Virus record (IMG/VR): IMGVR_UViG_3300047323_000545
Origin: a virus
Strand: one strand, 5' to 3'
Length of the DNA: 64,000 nucleotides
Shown here: one piece after another, positions 62,703-64,000 of the stretch
Layout: each line of letters begins with the position of its first letter
Numbering within the stretch: the first letter of the stretch is position 1
The notes under the pieces: model-generated
Told to the model about the DNA's origin: nothing
The model's database searches: none
What the model saw: only the letters and a program-made list of their open reading frames with translations
Position numbers and translations under genes: made by a program

Positions 62703-62759
62703 GGCTGGCCCTCCTGGTACTAGGGGCCCCGCCCTGGGCGGGCGGGGCCGGACGGGGGT

Positions 62760-63887
62760 CTAGAACTTCGGCCAGCGCAGCGACAGGGCCTCGAAGGGCT
62801 TGCGCTCCTCGGCCTTGCACTTGGCCGTGTAGGCGTCGAACTCCTCCGTCTGGAACGAGGCGGAGTAGCGGAAGCGCGGCGCCCAGTCCTTGCCGCCGAG
62901 GTCGCGCTTAGCCTTGGCGAGCGCCTTCGGCTCCAGCTCGGCCAGCACCTCTTCGGTGTCCTTGCCGCGCTTGTGCGCGATGGCCTCGATCAGCCGCAGG
63001 GCATAGGCGCGGTCCCGAGCCTCATTGGCGGTGCGCTTGTCGCGGTCGAAGAAGAACGGCGTCATGGCGGGGTCGGCCGTCAGGATCTGCTCGATCCGCA
63101 GGTTCTTGTACCGCTCGGACAGGCCGTCGGTGGCCTCGATGACGGCCGTGCGCTCGGTCTCGATCCGACTGCCGTGCCGGTCGCGGAGGGGGCCGCCGTC
63201 AAGGGCGGTGATGCCCTTGGCGGTCTTGTCGGCCGCGCGCTGCGCCTGCACCTGCTCGCGCTCCTCGCGGGCCTTGGCCGCCTCCTCCTCGTCCGGCGTG
63301 AACATCTTGGTGGGGAGGGTCTTCTCATCGCCGACCGGCGCCGAGGGGTAGCAGGTGGTACAGGCGCGCCATCCGGCGGCGGCAACGATCTCGGCCTCGG
63401 TCTTGCCGGAGTACCGGACCAGCCACGCGAACTGAGTGCGCTCCTCGCCCTTGTGGCACTGGGTGCACTCGGTGCCGTTGTGGGCGTGGCCGTCGTAGCT
63501 CTGGGCCAGGAAGACCCTGTTCCAGCCGCCCCGGCGCCGGTACTCGTCGGTGTACGGCTTGATCTCGGCCGCCAGGTCTTCCAGCTTCCGGGACGCCATG
63601 GCCCAGTTGGTCAGCAGGCGGTCGACCTCGCGGGCGGTGTAGCTCTCGGCCTCGGTGTAGGGGGCGCGAGCCTTGATGATGGCCAGCTCCCAGACGCGCT
63701 CAGGGGAGAGCTTGAAGATCGGGCCCCGCGCGCCACGCACCCGGCGGGGCTCGTCGCCGACCGCCTTGTGCAGGCTGACCACCAGGGCGAGACGGCTGGA
63801 CTCGGCCTGCGCCTCCTTGTCCCAGAGCTTCGACAGCTCGGTGTCGATCTCGACCGGGGTCATCTCGGTCAGGGGCTTATCGGTCAT
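62760..63887 (-). CDS. Hypothetical protein with His/Cys Zn-binding motif
   Basis: GHAH....C..C...ACTTCYPSAP; GAGGAG RBS; follows an early promoter. Confidence 0.65.
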   Translation of the reverse strand: MTDKPLTEMTPVEIDTELSKLWDKEAQAESSRLALVVSLHKAVGDEPRRVRGARGPIFKLSPERVWELAIIKARAPYTEAESYTAREVDRLLTNWAMASRKLEDLAAEIKPYTDEYRRRGGWNRVFLAQSYDGHAHNGTECTQCHKGEERTQFAWLVRYSGKTEAEIVAAAGWRACTTCYPSAPVGDEKTLPTKMFTPDEEEAAKAREEREQVQAQRAADKTAKGITALDGGPLRDRHGSRIETERTAVIEATDGLSERYKNLRIEQILTADPAMTPFFFDRDKRTANEARDRAYALRLIEAIAHKRGKDTEEVLAELEPKALAKAKRDLGGKDWAPRFRYSASFQTEEFDAYTAKCKAEERKPFEALSLRWPKF

Positions 63888-63920
63888 CGTGTGTGCTCCT
63901 CTTGGCGGGAAGGTGGCTCC

Positions 63921-63949
63921 ACTCTAAGGCATCAATCGTTGCCTGTCTA
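63921..63949 (-). promoter_or_regulatory. Early promoter/operator, copy 15
   Basis: TAGACA-17-TAGAGT with GCAAC-GATT-GATGC. Confidence 0.8.
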
Positions 63950-64000
63950 CTCGGGCAGGGAAACGCTGGTGGGGGGGGGGGGGGGGGGCCCCCCCCCCCC

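Noticed and set aside
32440-63949. Repeats as a CRISPR array or integron attC sites
   Set aside because: The copies are kilobases apart, have promoter architecture, and no cas or integrase gene is present in the window.
63969-64000. Terminal poly-G then poly-C run, self-complementary like a hairpin telomere
   Set aside because: Homopolymers at the window end are most likely a sequencing or assembly artefact; raw reads would be needed.

Overview
High-GC (~70%) segment of a large actinobacterial phage or prophage, probably infecting Streptomyces. Its head genes recall the Bxz1/E3-type actinobacterial myoviruses (from memory, not a search). Almost all genes are on the minus strand. The left ~28 kb holds the head and lysis module: major capsid, scaffold-like protein, a multidomain maturation-protease-like protein, portal, a double beta-helix protein, two CHAP endolysins, holin-like genes, thermonuclease and dCTP deaminase. 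A plus-strand EspR-like HTH / HExxH peptidase / membrane-protein triad interrupts this module. The right ~35 kb is a long array of small, mostly unknown early genes. The main non-coding findings are: (1) three 62-68 nt tRNA-like elements (acceptor stem + T-arm, no D-arm or normal anticodon arm) just after the stop codons of three consecutive genes; (2) 15 copies of a sigma70-type promoter with a GCAAC-N4-GTTGC palindrome in the spacer; (3) 10 copies of a bipartite CTGTC-N~21-AAGGGG motif, nine before virion/lysis genes and one before dcd; (4) a CCCGCCA leader motif before about 20 early genes. Protein-level highlights are head-module proteins with inserted effector domains (ART-like, ParB-like, glycosylase-like), an RNA polymerase alpha-CTD mimic and an Arr-like ADP-ribosyltransferase. 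All family calls come from motif recognition by eye.
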